Of a stretch of DNA of 64,000 nucleotides, positions 1 to 11,123 are shown in pieces (within the stretch, counting starts at the first letter, position 1; each line of letters opens with the position of its first letter). Source of the stretch: Dimorphilus gyrociliatus (Eukaryota; Animalia; Annelida); the NCBI GenBank assembly GCA_904063045.1, contig CAJFCJ010000004.1, positions 1,419,713 to 1,483,712 of the forward strand, written 5' to 3'. Position numbers and translations under genes: made by a program. The notes beneath the pieces are model-generated. The model saw only the letters and a list, made by a program, of their open reading frames with translations. It was not told the origin of the DNA and did not search any database.

Positions 1-79
1 TTTACGTTTTAAAAGAACTTTTACCTATTCATACATGTTTATTATTGGTTATTATATGATTACCACCGAAGAAAGAATA

Positions 80-485
80 AGAACTTAGAAAATAAGATAA
101 AGCTAAAACTTTCCCATTAATGATATCTAATGATAGAATAAATTTTTAATAAATGTGCCCTTGATTCAAAAACAAGTTACACGGAAAAGTATTAATAACC
201 AACGTACCTGGAGAAGGATATTTATGTGCTTAAATGTCTATTTGAATGATTTTTTTAGATCAAAGAGATTGTATTTAGACGTTTACAAAAGTATATCTAG
301 CCACTTTGCTTACTGCTATTGCAGAAGATATATGATTCATGTGTAATTTCTGTTCACTATATATAAATATATACTGTTTATATGCTATAATATAATTGCA
401 GTATACACACTCCAAGATATTTTTGAAGAATTTATAGTTCAATTGAATGCAGCTAAATGATTTAGGTAGTTGTGCAAACATTTGC
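80..485 (-). CDS. Possible partial multi-exon orphan gene near the left edge (approximate limits)
   Basis: On the minus strand several short segments bounded by AG/GT join in frame (…QMFAQLPKSFSCIQLNYKFFKNILEC | KLHMNHISSAIA | TFKHINILLQ | ISLMGKVLALSYF…); donors gtatac, gtaagc, gtacgt. No recognisable domain. Confidence 0.25.
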
Positions 486-693
486 CTAGAAATTACCAGT
501 TGTATTTCATAGTCTAATTGTTTAATTTCTATTAAGTATATAACGTTTCACCTTCTGGGTCTATATGTAGGTTTTAAGATGACCTCTAATATTTACATAA
601 ACTATTTGCAAGGTTAAATATGATTAATAATAATACTAAAGATGTAAAAAATAGCTGTAAATTCTGTACAATTATCTATAAAAATACGTATGT

Positions 694-1095
694 CTAGATA
701 TAAATTGCATTTTCGTAACTTTGATGCTTAACCTTAGGTGTAAAATGATCAGCTGAGCCTTTATTAGTTTCACTTTTACTCTTTGATTTTATTCCTTCTC
801 TTCTTTCTCTTGGCGATATGTAATTATCTAAAACACTCTTTCCGTAATTTTCAGGGAAACCACTTTTCCTTGGTGGTAATCCTCCTGCTGTATTAAAAGT
901 TTTTCGCCTTAATTGAGCCAGTTCGGCTTGTATTTTCCTTTGTTCTTGAGATAAAGCAGATATTTCGGATTTGTGATGAGCTTCCAGTCCATGTCTAGCG
1001 CCAGGACCAATTTCAGCTTCCAACTTTCTTTGTTCTCTTAAATTACTTTTTCTTAAATTTTCAACAGTTTTGTAATTTCTACTTTTCAAGTCCAT
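694..1095 (-). CDS. Uncharacterised 133-aa hydrophilic protein or terminal exon with a short coiled-coil
   Basis: Long ORF in very AT-rich DNA with protein-like composition; heptad-like HKSEISALSQEQRKIQAELAQLRRK. The frame stays open 15 codons upstream to a possible ctaaaag acceptor. No family recognised. Confidence 0.5.
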   Translation of the reverse strand: MDLKSRNYKTVENLRKSNLREQRKLEAEIGPGARHGLEAHHKSEISALSQEQRKIQAELAQLRRKTFNTAGGLPPRKSGFPENYGKSVLDNYISPRERREGIKSKSKSETNKGSADHFTPKVKHQSYENAIYI

Positions 1096-1976
1096 ATCCG
1101 AATTCCGAATGCACCTTTCTCCCCCATAGAAATAGACCTTTTAGCGTTATGTGGGCAATAGGGATTAATGTTGAATATGATTTTTTAAAGTTTAAGCTGC
1201 TACTCAATATATTATTTTGCTAATCGTTATTGATTGATCTTCTCTTGAATTATCACAGGAGATTTTAATACTATAAAGAACTCGTTATATTTATTCAAAA
1301 TAAATATCATAATAGATTTAGCCTATATTATTGCAAATTGTTCTTTTTTTATTAATAATTCATACTCAAGATATCTAATACTCGGATATTGTGGAATGAA
1401 TAATCAATAATAATTCAAATACCAGTTGAATTCATTTAAATATTATTTTCTAAAAATTTCAATATAATTCTGTATTAAATAAAGAGAACTCAATGTAAGT
1501 GACTAATTGCTTCTGTTATTTAGATGTATTTACACAATTCAAGTTAAATACACGTGGGCCACTAAGTTCTTCTAAGTACTACCACTTATTCTAAATACTT
1601 TATACGAATTCTTCTAACAAATTCTTTCTTCGAAGCTTTCGCTTTCTTTTGCAGCAAAACAAGATTCATCTTGAAAGAGCATGCGAATGTTTTAAACAAA
1701 AGATTACAATTTCCTTTGAATGAAGCGTGTTCAAACATGCTGTCCATTTTCTTTTCGGTACAAACAGTAAAAATACTTTTTACCCCTTGGTTAAAGGCAC
1801 GAATTATCACGTTTTTCTTTTAGTCACTTAAAGGTCAATGTATAAATACTTTTCCTTTGTTAATTATTTCTAAAAATTCCCTTTGTTATATTTTATAATA
1901 TTGAATCTATCTATATATATATACATATAAATTTATATATGTATATTTTTACTTTGAATTGTTTCTTTATAAAGTT

Positions 1977-1998
1977 TCTCTCTCTCTCTCTCTCTCTC
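1977..1998. repeat. (TC)n microsatellite
   Basis: Pure TC run read directly. Confidence 0.9.
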
Positions 1999-2012
1999 TT
2001 TTCTTTTATAAT

Positions 2013-2020
2013 CCGGAAGT
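2013..2020 (+). promoter_or_regulatory. ETS-type motif CCGGAAGT, candidate promoter element
   Basis: Exact ETS/GABP consensus with a second CAGGAAAT nearby; similar motifs lie upstream of other genes in this window (about 32265, 49214, 60127). Confidence 0.35.
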
Positions 2021-2517
2021 TGCTTATGTAACAGGAAATCTATGTTGCTTTTTAAATATTTTATTACCAGTAGTAGTATAATTTTTTATAGCTTTACTGT
2101 CTCTATATCGAACGAATATCTAAACAACTCAGTATAAATATTTTGTTAGTTTATTATATTAAATTATTATATTACCAACTGTATTCTTGTTGTTGCCTGA
2201 TTAGAAACAAAGAAAAAATATAGTGACGACATTTCTCTTCCTAAAAGATAAAGTTACTATACATATTGTTCTAATACTATTGTAGGGGTCATTATCACTA
2301 TTACTACAACTACAACTACTGTAATTTCCAGAAATTAATAGATAATAGTCAATAGAATGCTGGAATAAATTTTATTTATAGAAATTTCCTATAAACTCTT
2401 GTCTTGTGTTTATTTAATGTTTTTTTTTAGGCAATTCAGCTCTTTTTTACACTTGATTGAGTCTGAAACAGTTATGTTAAATTTATTAGTCCGTACACTT
2501 TCATTAAAGTTTAAATG

Positions 2518-2523
<6 letters not shown>

Positions 2524-2551
<28 letters not shown>
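2524..2551. repeat. (TA)n microsatellite
   Basis: Pure TA run. Confidence 0.9.
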
Positions 2552-2745
2552 CTGTATATTTATACTATTCTGTTTAGGCACAAGTACAATATTATCATTA
2601 CGATTACTGATAACAAAACTATATAAAATGAAAAATACAAAAATTAAGTCCAATACGTCCAAGTCAACAAAAAGTACTTTGGTTAGTCATTCTTTTTTTA
2701 GGGAAAAATTGATTTAGATATATTTAGTACGTATATATACAATTA

Positions 2746-2776
<31 letters not shown>

Positions 2777-5453
2777 CAGTAGAGAAAAAGATAGACCAAA
2801 TCTATCTAGAGTTCTCAAGCCACTTCTGTCCTCTATCTATCTATATAATTATCTCTTTCTTTTTATTCTCGCGTCTAGAACTTTTCTTGTATATTTGAAA
2901 AGAAAACCCAACGAATGAATAGTTTTTAGATCAAATTGGAAAACTTAATGTAGAGAAGATAGTCTAAATTAGAGAAAATAGGAAGAAAGGTTTTATAGTT
3001 AAAAAGAAATTAAAAGCTCACCGTTTTCTCTATCCGGGTTTCTGCTCACTTTACTATATATACAAAAGTTTAGCTGTCTCTTTTTCAAAGGTATTTCGAT
3101 CAGTGAAAACTTAGTAAGACCATTTAAATAGGTTTACAGATTGAATTTCTAGGCTATGCTTTAAATCTTTGTTTTTCTCTTATTTAAGTTTTTCTTATAC
3201 TGACCCCTTGAATAGACAGATTATGACACATACAACTGATGTCCATGCACAGTTCTTTGTAGAAAAGAAACAAGAATTGCGTATGGACAATCAGAAACAC
3301 ACGTCTCGAAAAGGATCGGAGGAAGAAATGTTCGATTTGTAGCCGAACTAATCAAATAGATAAACGTATTGGAATGCTTACCATTCAATGCCAATTTATT
3401 GCTTTCTTTTTTCTTTTATTTATACAGAAAGCGGCATTCCAATCTGTTGGCTAGCTGTAGTTGGGAGGAATTAAAGCGTTGATTTCTTATATTATAAATA
3501 AATCAAGAATAGCCAATATCCTGTTTTTTTTAAATAATATTATAAAAGTATAATAATAAATTTCCCATTGAATGATATCATAAATCATAATAAATATATT
3601 TAATCAGTAATATGCATAGTCATTAATTAACATGCATGTGTCAATATATGTACATAAATATAATTTTATTTTACCTTACAGACATATTGACGATATCTAT
3701 TTTGGTATATAAGCAACATATTAATATATAGCTATATAAATAATAGAATATATATCCTGCATATCTAATATATTGTACATTTGTTTCAATATCTAGATTG
3801 ACTTGTTAGCTTTTTCTGACTTTTAAATCCACTTTAAAACACTCTCATTCTATTTTTATTCCATTCTCCTCCTCCCACCTAAATCTCCCCTTTCTTTCTG
3901 TCACCCATTCTTTATCTTATAAAAAAAATGTATTTACATTTTGCGTGTCAAGTAGAAAAGGCAAAGTTAAAATAGTCTATTATGCATCCGAAATTCGACA
4001 AGATAGGGGGTTTTATTCTCATCTCAATCAGCTCATTTACTTCTTTTTATACTTTTATTTTTAGAATAACTTTCAGATATAATAGTTTAAAAAGTATAGA
4101 CTGAGCAGAGTATACGCTATTAGTACATATGTTTATATATATATAGTATATATATATATTATTTATGTATATATACATATATATTCTTTTGTTTGTATAT
4201 ATTTATAACTTGTTATCATCATAAATACTATACTTTACAATTCTGTTTATAGACATAAAAGTTTTAGAAACAGTTCTAAAGTCTTTTTCATTTTGAACTA
4301 ATAATAGATGTATAATTGGACAAAGAAAGTAGTCTATTCAAGAGATGAATATTAATCGAAATACCAGGAAAGAATTTTATAGTGAAATGACTTCTAGAAA
4401 AAAAAAACTATTTTTGGACTAATCTTTTTAAAAGAGATCTTGCGATTAATAACTGTCGAGTAATAAGGCCGATATTATAAGAATCTTCTCGAATTGCACA
4501 ATAAAGTACTGTTACATAAATACATTAGGTGTGATGTATATATTTTTATATAGATATAGGAGTAAATATCTATCATTTACAGATATAATTTATCGTAAAT
4601 ATGCCATGCCTTATCGAGATTCACTTGCAGTTTTATCTGTTCTCTCTCTTTCTTTCTCTCCTTCGTCCTGTCTCTTATCCTTTCTTCCAATTTTAAAGTT
4701 CGGGACTGCTTTATCTACATTTCTCCTCCCGTCTCGACTATCTTTAGTTTATTTATAGTGGAAAAAAACCATCTCGTTGCATACTTAAGCATATAATTAT
4801 ATGCCATCTTCGATTCCCTTGTGTACCTTATAAAACTATCAATTATAGGTATAACTCTGCATACTAACAAGAGAAAGTTATGTTAATACTATCTTCTCAT
4901 GCACTTAACGTTTATAGGTTAAATAGCCCATTTAAGCATCGATGACAAACCATTTAAGACATTAAGAATTTTATTAGATTATCTATTCGCTCATTAATCT
5001 ACATTAATTTATATTTTCTTAACTGTCATTAAGGAAAAATAGAGTATTTTACTTATTTTAATAAAAAAAACAAATTACACAGTTCTAAATTATTATGTCA
5101 CTCTTGAATTAACATTTTTCCGACGTCATTGTTTTTTATAGTTTCTTTATTTAATGTATTTTGCTATTATCATTATTTTCTTATAGATTGCTCAAACGCG
5201 CAATATTTTAAGTCGATTTAATAAGAAATCAACTAGTAATACATTTACAGAGTTGCCTATGACGCATACTCCTCGCAACAAGAGCTAATCTTAAACCGGA
5301 AGCGTGGGCGTCACTTTCCATGACAAATTCGACAACGGAAAAGCACAAATCAAAGAGGTCAATTTAGTCGAACAAGACCCTCTATTTTAGACGTTTTTCT
5401 CACTTATTTTGTATGTAAATTAATTCGATTATAGGCCTAAGATGAACTTTCCT

Positions 5454-5461
5454 TATAAAAG
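5454..5461 (+). promoter_or_regulatory. TATA box of peptide gene 1
   Basis: TATAAAAG about 60 nt upstream of the ATG at 5521. Confidence 0.55.
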
Positions 5462-5520
5462 GCCCGTTTATCCGCTCTTGGAGTGGCAAAGTAATTTTTT
5501 TTTCGGAGAAAAGTTTGGCG

Positions 5521-6673
5521 ATGGCAAATTTGAAAGTTTGCTTTTTGCTTTTATTGGTCACTTTTATCTTGTCTGAACACTTAATTCAATGTAAGCATAA
5601 ATTTCACTATTTTTCCTAGATCTGACACGGTTTAAAGCTTTAAATTCATTTTTTTCATCACTATTAATAATTTAATAACTTTATTGACTATTATTGAATA
5701 TTCATAAGCATCTATTTAAATTTTAATAAAAACTAAAACAATTGTTAACAAATAACTATCAAAAAGTTGAAATTAGTTGTTTTAAGTAGTAGTGCATTTA
5801 GTCAATTATATTACCAATGCGTTGAAAGTAATAGTAGATCTATAGGCTATTGTTTATTTTATTGTTACTAAACTAAAAGTTCATTTTGAAATAGTCGTAT
5901 TTGTTTGCAAATGAACAAATAAATGTGCGTGCCACGGGGAGGAGAAAATAAGTGCTTATCTTTGTTCTAGTGCATATCTTACCCTTATGTCTGCAAAAAA
6001 AATGTATTAATAATAGAATAGTTTACATTATCATGAACCTACGTATTTTTAGATAATTGACTATTTCATATTTAAATATATTTTTATATATTTACTAATA
6101 TATACAGTAAAAATATATATATATGTGTTTATAGTATATAGGTATCTGTATATACAGTATATATATATATATATACATATAATTTATATGTATACATATG
6201 TAGTATTTTTGTCTTTCTAAAATGCACATACATCTTAATTTTTTGACCCTTTTATTGTAAATTTTTAATAATTGATATTGTTTTCATCATTCTATAAACA
6301 AATATAAAGACAATAAAATTTAAATTTCACTTATTTTCAATATGAAAAGAAAGGTGTTAAAGTGAACATTTTGTTAATTGTTGTCCATAAGGAAAACTGA
6401 TTAAAAAGTTAGGAAAATGATAAAAGATGTACAATGTTCAAATGGGCTGAAAGTATTCAAATGATTATAAATTTTTAACATGATTGCCATAATTACATAC
6501 TAATATATAAGGATATGTTAAATTTTCATTTTTTGGCAGGCGAACCCAGAGGTCGGTTTGGTTTCTTAAAAAGATCTTCAACTTCGGACAATTTAGTTCG
6601 GTGGTGTAATTGGTGCTTGTTATACCAATGCCGGGTTGAAGATATATACAAATATTGTATATATAAAGGATGA
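5521..6673 (+). CDS. Secreted 4-Cys peptide precursor 1 (67 aa; exons 5521-5590, 6540-6673)
   Basis: Exon 1 encodes a signal-like hydrophobic stretch MANLKVCFLLLLVTFILSEHLIQ ending at a gtaagc donor (phase 1); a ttttggcag acceptor restores the frame: CEPRGRFGFLKR-SSTSDNLVRWCNWCLLYQCRVEDIYKYCIYKG*. Dibasic KR site and C-terminal Gly. Confidence 0.8.
6658..6668 (+). promoter_or_regulatory. Candidate TATA box of peptide gene 2, lying inside the last codons of peptide gene 1
   Basis: TATATATAAAG overlaps codons ATA-TAT-AAA-GGA of gene 1, about 75-80 nt upstream of the ATG at 6741. Confidence 0.4.
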
Positions 6674-6740
6674 CGCCACTAACGCTAATATCAAGAAAAG
6701 AGAATATTAATTTTACTTCGTGTCTCGCCGTACTATAGAG

Positions 6741-6856
6741 ATGAAGCGTTGTTTCTCCGCAATATTATTTGCTTTAACAATGCTTTTGCTTTATGAAGGT
6801 ATATGGATTAATGATTTCTTTTTTAGTTAAAGTTTAAACTACCTATTTTATAGATG

Positions 6857-6894
<38 letters not shown>

Positions 6895-7162
6895 CTATAT
6901 GTACACATAGTATATTCATGTTTATTCATTTATTTTATGTAACATATATATAAATGTGCCTGTGGTGTGCGTATATTTTCATTTTGATTTTAATCCTTTA
7001 GCTACTGCTTTCAAGCTATCTGAAAAGTTCTTCCAAAGATATTCACGTAGTGAACTCAAAGCTAATTATGTTAAATATTGTAAGATCTGTATTTTTCAAC
7101 CATTTTTCTGCCAGTATGCCGATAAATTATATTGCAAAGGAAATCTTTATGAGAAATTTTGA
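6741..7162 (+). CDS. Secreted 4-Cys peptide precursor 2 (72 aa; exons 6741-6798, 7002-7162)
   Basis: Exon 1 MKRCFSAILFALTMLLLYE (signal-like), gtatat donor (phase 1); cctttag acceptor gives ATAFKLSEKFFQRYSR-SELKANYVKYCKICIFQPFFCQYADKLYCKGNLYEKF*. RxxR furin-like site; Cys frame parallels gene 1. Confidence 0.78.
6867..6894. repeat. (TA)n microsatellite in the intron of peptide gene 2
   Basis: Pure TA run. Confidence 0.9.
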
Positions 7163-7736
7163 CAAAAGTTATTCATTTAAGAAAATTTTAATGTCTTACT
7201 ATAATATTATAATTCCATTGTTTTCTATCTTTCTGATGTCTTCATAAAGCAGGATTGCGTCTTGAAATGAATGCTTCATCAAGTGTTGTCCGACTACATA
7301 AAACTTTTAAAAAATGATAAAAAAAGTTAGAAAAAAAGTAGAAAATTCTGTGTTGTGTTAAAAAAAAAGCAAAAGAAAAAAGAATAAGAAAAAAGACAAA
7401 AATGATTAAAAAAAAGAAAAATTACTTAAATGAAAAATGTATTATTTTTTAACTTTAAAATAGTTTAAGCTTTAAATTAACTAATATTATTTTATGGAAT
7501 TTTATTTATATACATATATATCCTGTTTATTTATCTATATATCTATCTGTATATATTCTATCTAAGTAAGTTTTTCTTGTTAACTCTGATCAAACAAAAA
7601 AGTAAAGTAAAATTATATAACAGATAATTTCAAATAACTATCTGAATCATTCTCTTAGAATATTATATCAAAGGAAAAAAAGCATATAAACATTAATTAC
7701 AAACTATAATACTTTGTTTTCTTCTCCTTCTTCTGC

Positions 7737-7786
7737 TCCTCCTCCTCCTCCTCCTTCTTCTTCTTCTTCTTCTTCTTCTTCTTCTC
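7737..7786. repeat. Compound (CCT)n(CTT)n trinucleotide repeat
   Basis: Read directly. Confidence 0.9.
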
Positions 7787-8914
7787 CTTTTTCATTCTGA
7801 CATGTTTCATTTATTTCTAGTCTACTCTCAGCTCTTTTGTGATTGTTTATAAAACTTTTTTATCATTATTTTTTCTTTATTTATTTCCTTTGTTATAAAT
7901 AAAATTTCAAAAACCAAAAAAAAGGAAAAACAAGTAAAATTATTAATTTTAAAATAACTAATTATTTAATTAATTAATGTTTTAATGTTTTAAACTTATT
8001 TACATATTCATTCTCCCTTTTAACTTATTACTTTATTTGTGATTCTTTCGTAGTGTTAAACGAAAATAAATCATTTTTTTGTTTCTTTCATAAAACAATA
8101 TGTATATTTCTTATTTATGAAAACAAAAACAACGGAAAACTTAAAAACAAGACAATAGAAAGTACTTAAAAAAACTATATAGTAACAATATAAGAAGAAA
8201 GAAAGCTAGACAAATTGTATTTATGGAAGGAGGAGAAAGTCGGCATGCTTTTTCTTTCTTCTCCTTGTTTCTTTGGTTTTTTTCTATAAAACTGGCTATT
8301 GTTTATATAATATTAATTATAATAAGAAAGTGCTTTTTTCAGTTTACGTAGCTATTCATAAACAAAAAATGTACGAATCAGTGCATATCTATATTTATAA
8401 TTAACCAATGTTATATAAATATTATTGAGAAGACTATTTTTAGAAAATTATTCGATCTCTTGAGACCCAAGTCTTCAAGATGAGCTGTAAGATAACAATT
8501 GATTTTCTTCAATGAAAAACTTCCACTTTCTCTCCTCTTTTCTTACTTTATTTGATGAAAGAAAAAAATCGACATTTTGTAGGCTGTAGTAAATGATTTT
8601 CAATGAGAAAATTTTATGACTTATCCTGAATCATCTCCTCAAGAAATTCTTATAAACACTTCAGCTAAGTACGTGCAGGATTAGTAACTCTGACAAAGGA
8701 GGCTTATAAGCTTTCCTTTCCCTCCCACACCCTCTCTCTTATATCTCCGGAAAATATCTTGGATAAGGATGGACATTTTTTTAATAAAACTAGTCTTAAC
8801 ATGAATATATATATATATATATATAGATATATATATATATATATTTATCAACTGTTTATTAAATTATCAGATGCAAGTAGGATAATATTTTCAATCATAT
8901 ATTTCTATAGGAAA

Positions 8915-10376
8915 TCAATCCTCTATTGTATTATTGACGTTTGGATAAACTCTAACTGCAAACAATCTAAAGCCAATTCTATTTTCTCTTGTTAAGAACA
9001 TAAAAGCAGTTATCATTACTATGGAAATAAACGATAAAATCGAAAATACTATAATTCCATTCACTTTTGAACTATTCAATTTAACAGGTCGAAAATGAAT
9101 GATTTTTTTTATTTCTTCATCAAATTCAACCTTTTCTGTATTGTTTAAAATGTCACTTATCCGGTAACTAATACATTTAGCTTTAACAAACACATTACCG
9201 GCTTTGATAGGTCGAGAAAATGTCTTATTATAATCTGAGTGATGGACTACAGGATAGTAAAAGATTTCTCCTTTCTTCGATTTTGTATAGACTTTTAAAG
9301 CGGGCGTATAATCTTTGCAAGTCAGCAGTGAGCATATATAATTCGTATAGCCGACTCTTAAAGAAATGTATTTTCGTTCAGTCGGTATTGGCTTGTCAAT
9401 AAAAATATCTTGTAAGTTAAAGCAGATATTACTTTGAGATGTTGATATCAAAGTTATACTCTGTATCCATTTATCACAAATACAAACTTGTGTCTCATTT
9501 ATATAATCAAATGTCAAGACCACATTTATCCTTTTTCAGTGAGAGAATGAGAATAATCAAAGACAATTATACGTAATTATTAAATGAATACAAATAGATG
9601 AGAAAAAAAATTGATATAAACCTTGCCTCAATTTTCCAAGAATGCGGTACATCTTCAATCTTTTCTAAATTACCTCCAAACAACATTTTTAAGGACGATC
9701 TTCTATTGTAAATAGTTAAAATTAACCATTTACCAGATATAATTGAAATATTATTAAATCTTAAATCAAACTTTGAAATATGATTATTACAAGCTTTTGT
9801 AACATTTTTTACAATCTGTTCAACATCGTTTAAATCACTTTTTAATTGTCTTAATTGAATATTACGTAATATTGTATTATCGCACATTATTCTTAATATA
9901 TTATAATCAAATTGAACAATCGGATTACCGGATAAATCAATTAATTTCAATGTTTTTACTAAATTTCTTTCAATATTAATAATTTTTCTTATAAGATTAA
10001 ATCTTAAATATAAATATGATACTTTTAATGAATTTGGTATTTTTGTCAAATTTAAACTATTTAATGATAAATTCCATGCTGTATTTAACCATTCGTATCT
10101 ATTTAGTGAGCTTTTGAAACTATCCATGACACTTTCTCTTAATTCTAGGCCTCGATCAAAGAATAAACTTTTGCTAATTGATATATTTATATAGTCATTG
10201 TTTCCAAAGCAATTAATCAAGGTAGGATACTCAGAATAGTGAATATTACACAAATACAATTGAATAAGGCTTCTACTATACAACTTTGAACAAGAAAATG
10301 AGGGACATTGCTTTGACAAAGTCTCTAGTTTTTTACATTCAACCAAGGAAATAATAGCAAAAACAAATATAAACAT
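8915..10376 (-). CDS. Leucine-rich-repeat type-I membrane protein (about 456 aa; exons 10376-9622, 9530-8915)
   Basis: Signal peptide MFIFVFAIISLVEC; LRR-type segments (LSLNSLNLTKIP, LYLRFNLIRKI, IDLSGNPIVQF, FDLRFNNISII); the AG|gtttat…aaaaag|G intron joins the two ORF-track frames; C-terminal TM GIIVFSILSFISIVMITAFMFL and a ~25-aa tail. Confidence 0.8.
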
Positions 10377-10528
10377 TATTTCATCTTAATTTCAAAATAT
10401 ATATAATGAATATTCAAATATTCTAATTACTTTACTTTTTCAAAAAATATGTATAATAAACGTAATAAGAATAAATTAATATTTATAAATCGCATTTTTA
10501 TTGATTAAATTTAGTAAAGAAATAAAAT

Positions 10529-11038
10529 ATGAATGAAAGCATTAGAAGAGAAAAGCAAAAGCTTAGTAGGCATTCTTTGCCTAATGAGAAAACTAGTACG
10601 TTTATAATTTCTTACTTAATGACGTTTGTTTTTCTGGTTTGTCAAAGACTAAATAACATTATTTTCATATCTGTTATTCTATATATTTTTTATAAATACT
10701 ATTTCATAATATAAACATATACATATATATACTAATATATATATATATGTATATATATATATTTAGCTAATAACTATAAGAAGTCTGATTCTGATCAAGA
10801 TAATGTATTTGAACGTGGGCAGAGGGAATCCATTATTTCAAACGTATCGACCAGATCAATATCGATATTTATTCCCAGTATTAGAAATATACAAGTTGAA
10901 GAGATAGATCGGAGTGGGGCTAGAATCGATCCTGAACGAATGATGAGGAGGGAAACTGACGTCGATAGTGCTGAAGTAGTACAAGATTTTATGGCTGAAA
11001 GTTCTAGGGAGTCTATAAGAAAGATAACTGAATTATAA
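10529..11038 (+). CDS. Two-exon orphan hydrophilic protein (about 112 aa; exons 10529-10595, 10767-11038)
   Basis: ATG exon MNESIRREKQKLSRHSLPNEKT with gtacgt donor (phase 1) and atttag acceptor gives a stop-free 272-nt exon (…NNYKKSDSDQDNVFERGQRES…SRESIRKITEL*); the TA repeat falls in the intron. Confidence 0.5.
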
Positions 11039-11123
11039 ACATCATATTTAAAAACGAATCAGTATGAATAAATGATTTACTTTGATTATAATCCATTCGT
11101 AATGTTGATAAAATTGTCAGTTA

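Noticed and set aside
1586-1810. 74-aa minus-strand ORF starting with GTG
   Set aside because: No ATG, no clear splice sites or domain, and the opposite strand is similarly open; cannot be supported as a gene.
2399-2626. ORF containing an IYIYIY run (also 8759-8995, 31494-31676, 36090-36344)
   Set aside because: Translations of TA microsatellites in introns or intergenic DNA.
4600-4750. Charged minus-strand frame (…SRDGRRNVDKAVPNFKIGRKDKRQ…)
   Set aside because: GA-rich low complexity explains the open frame; no convincing upstream exon.
6671-6682. TGA-C leaky stop that might fuse peptide genes 1 and 2
   Set aside because: An in-frame TAA follows three codons later (TGA CGC CAC TAA).
7695-7870. 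Minus-strand 51-aa poly-Glu/Gly ORF
   Set aside because: Produced by the (CCT)/(CTT) repeat; no independent support.
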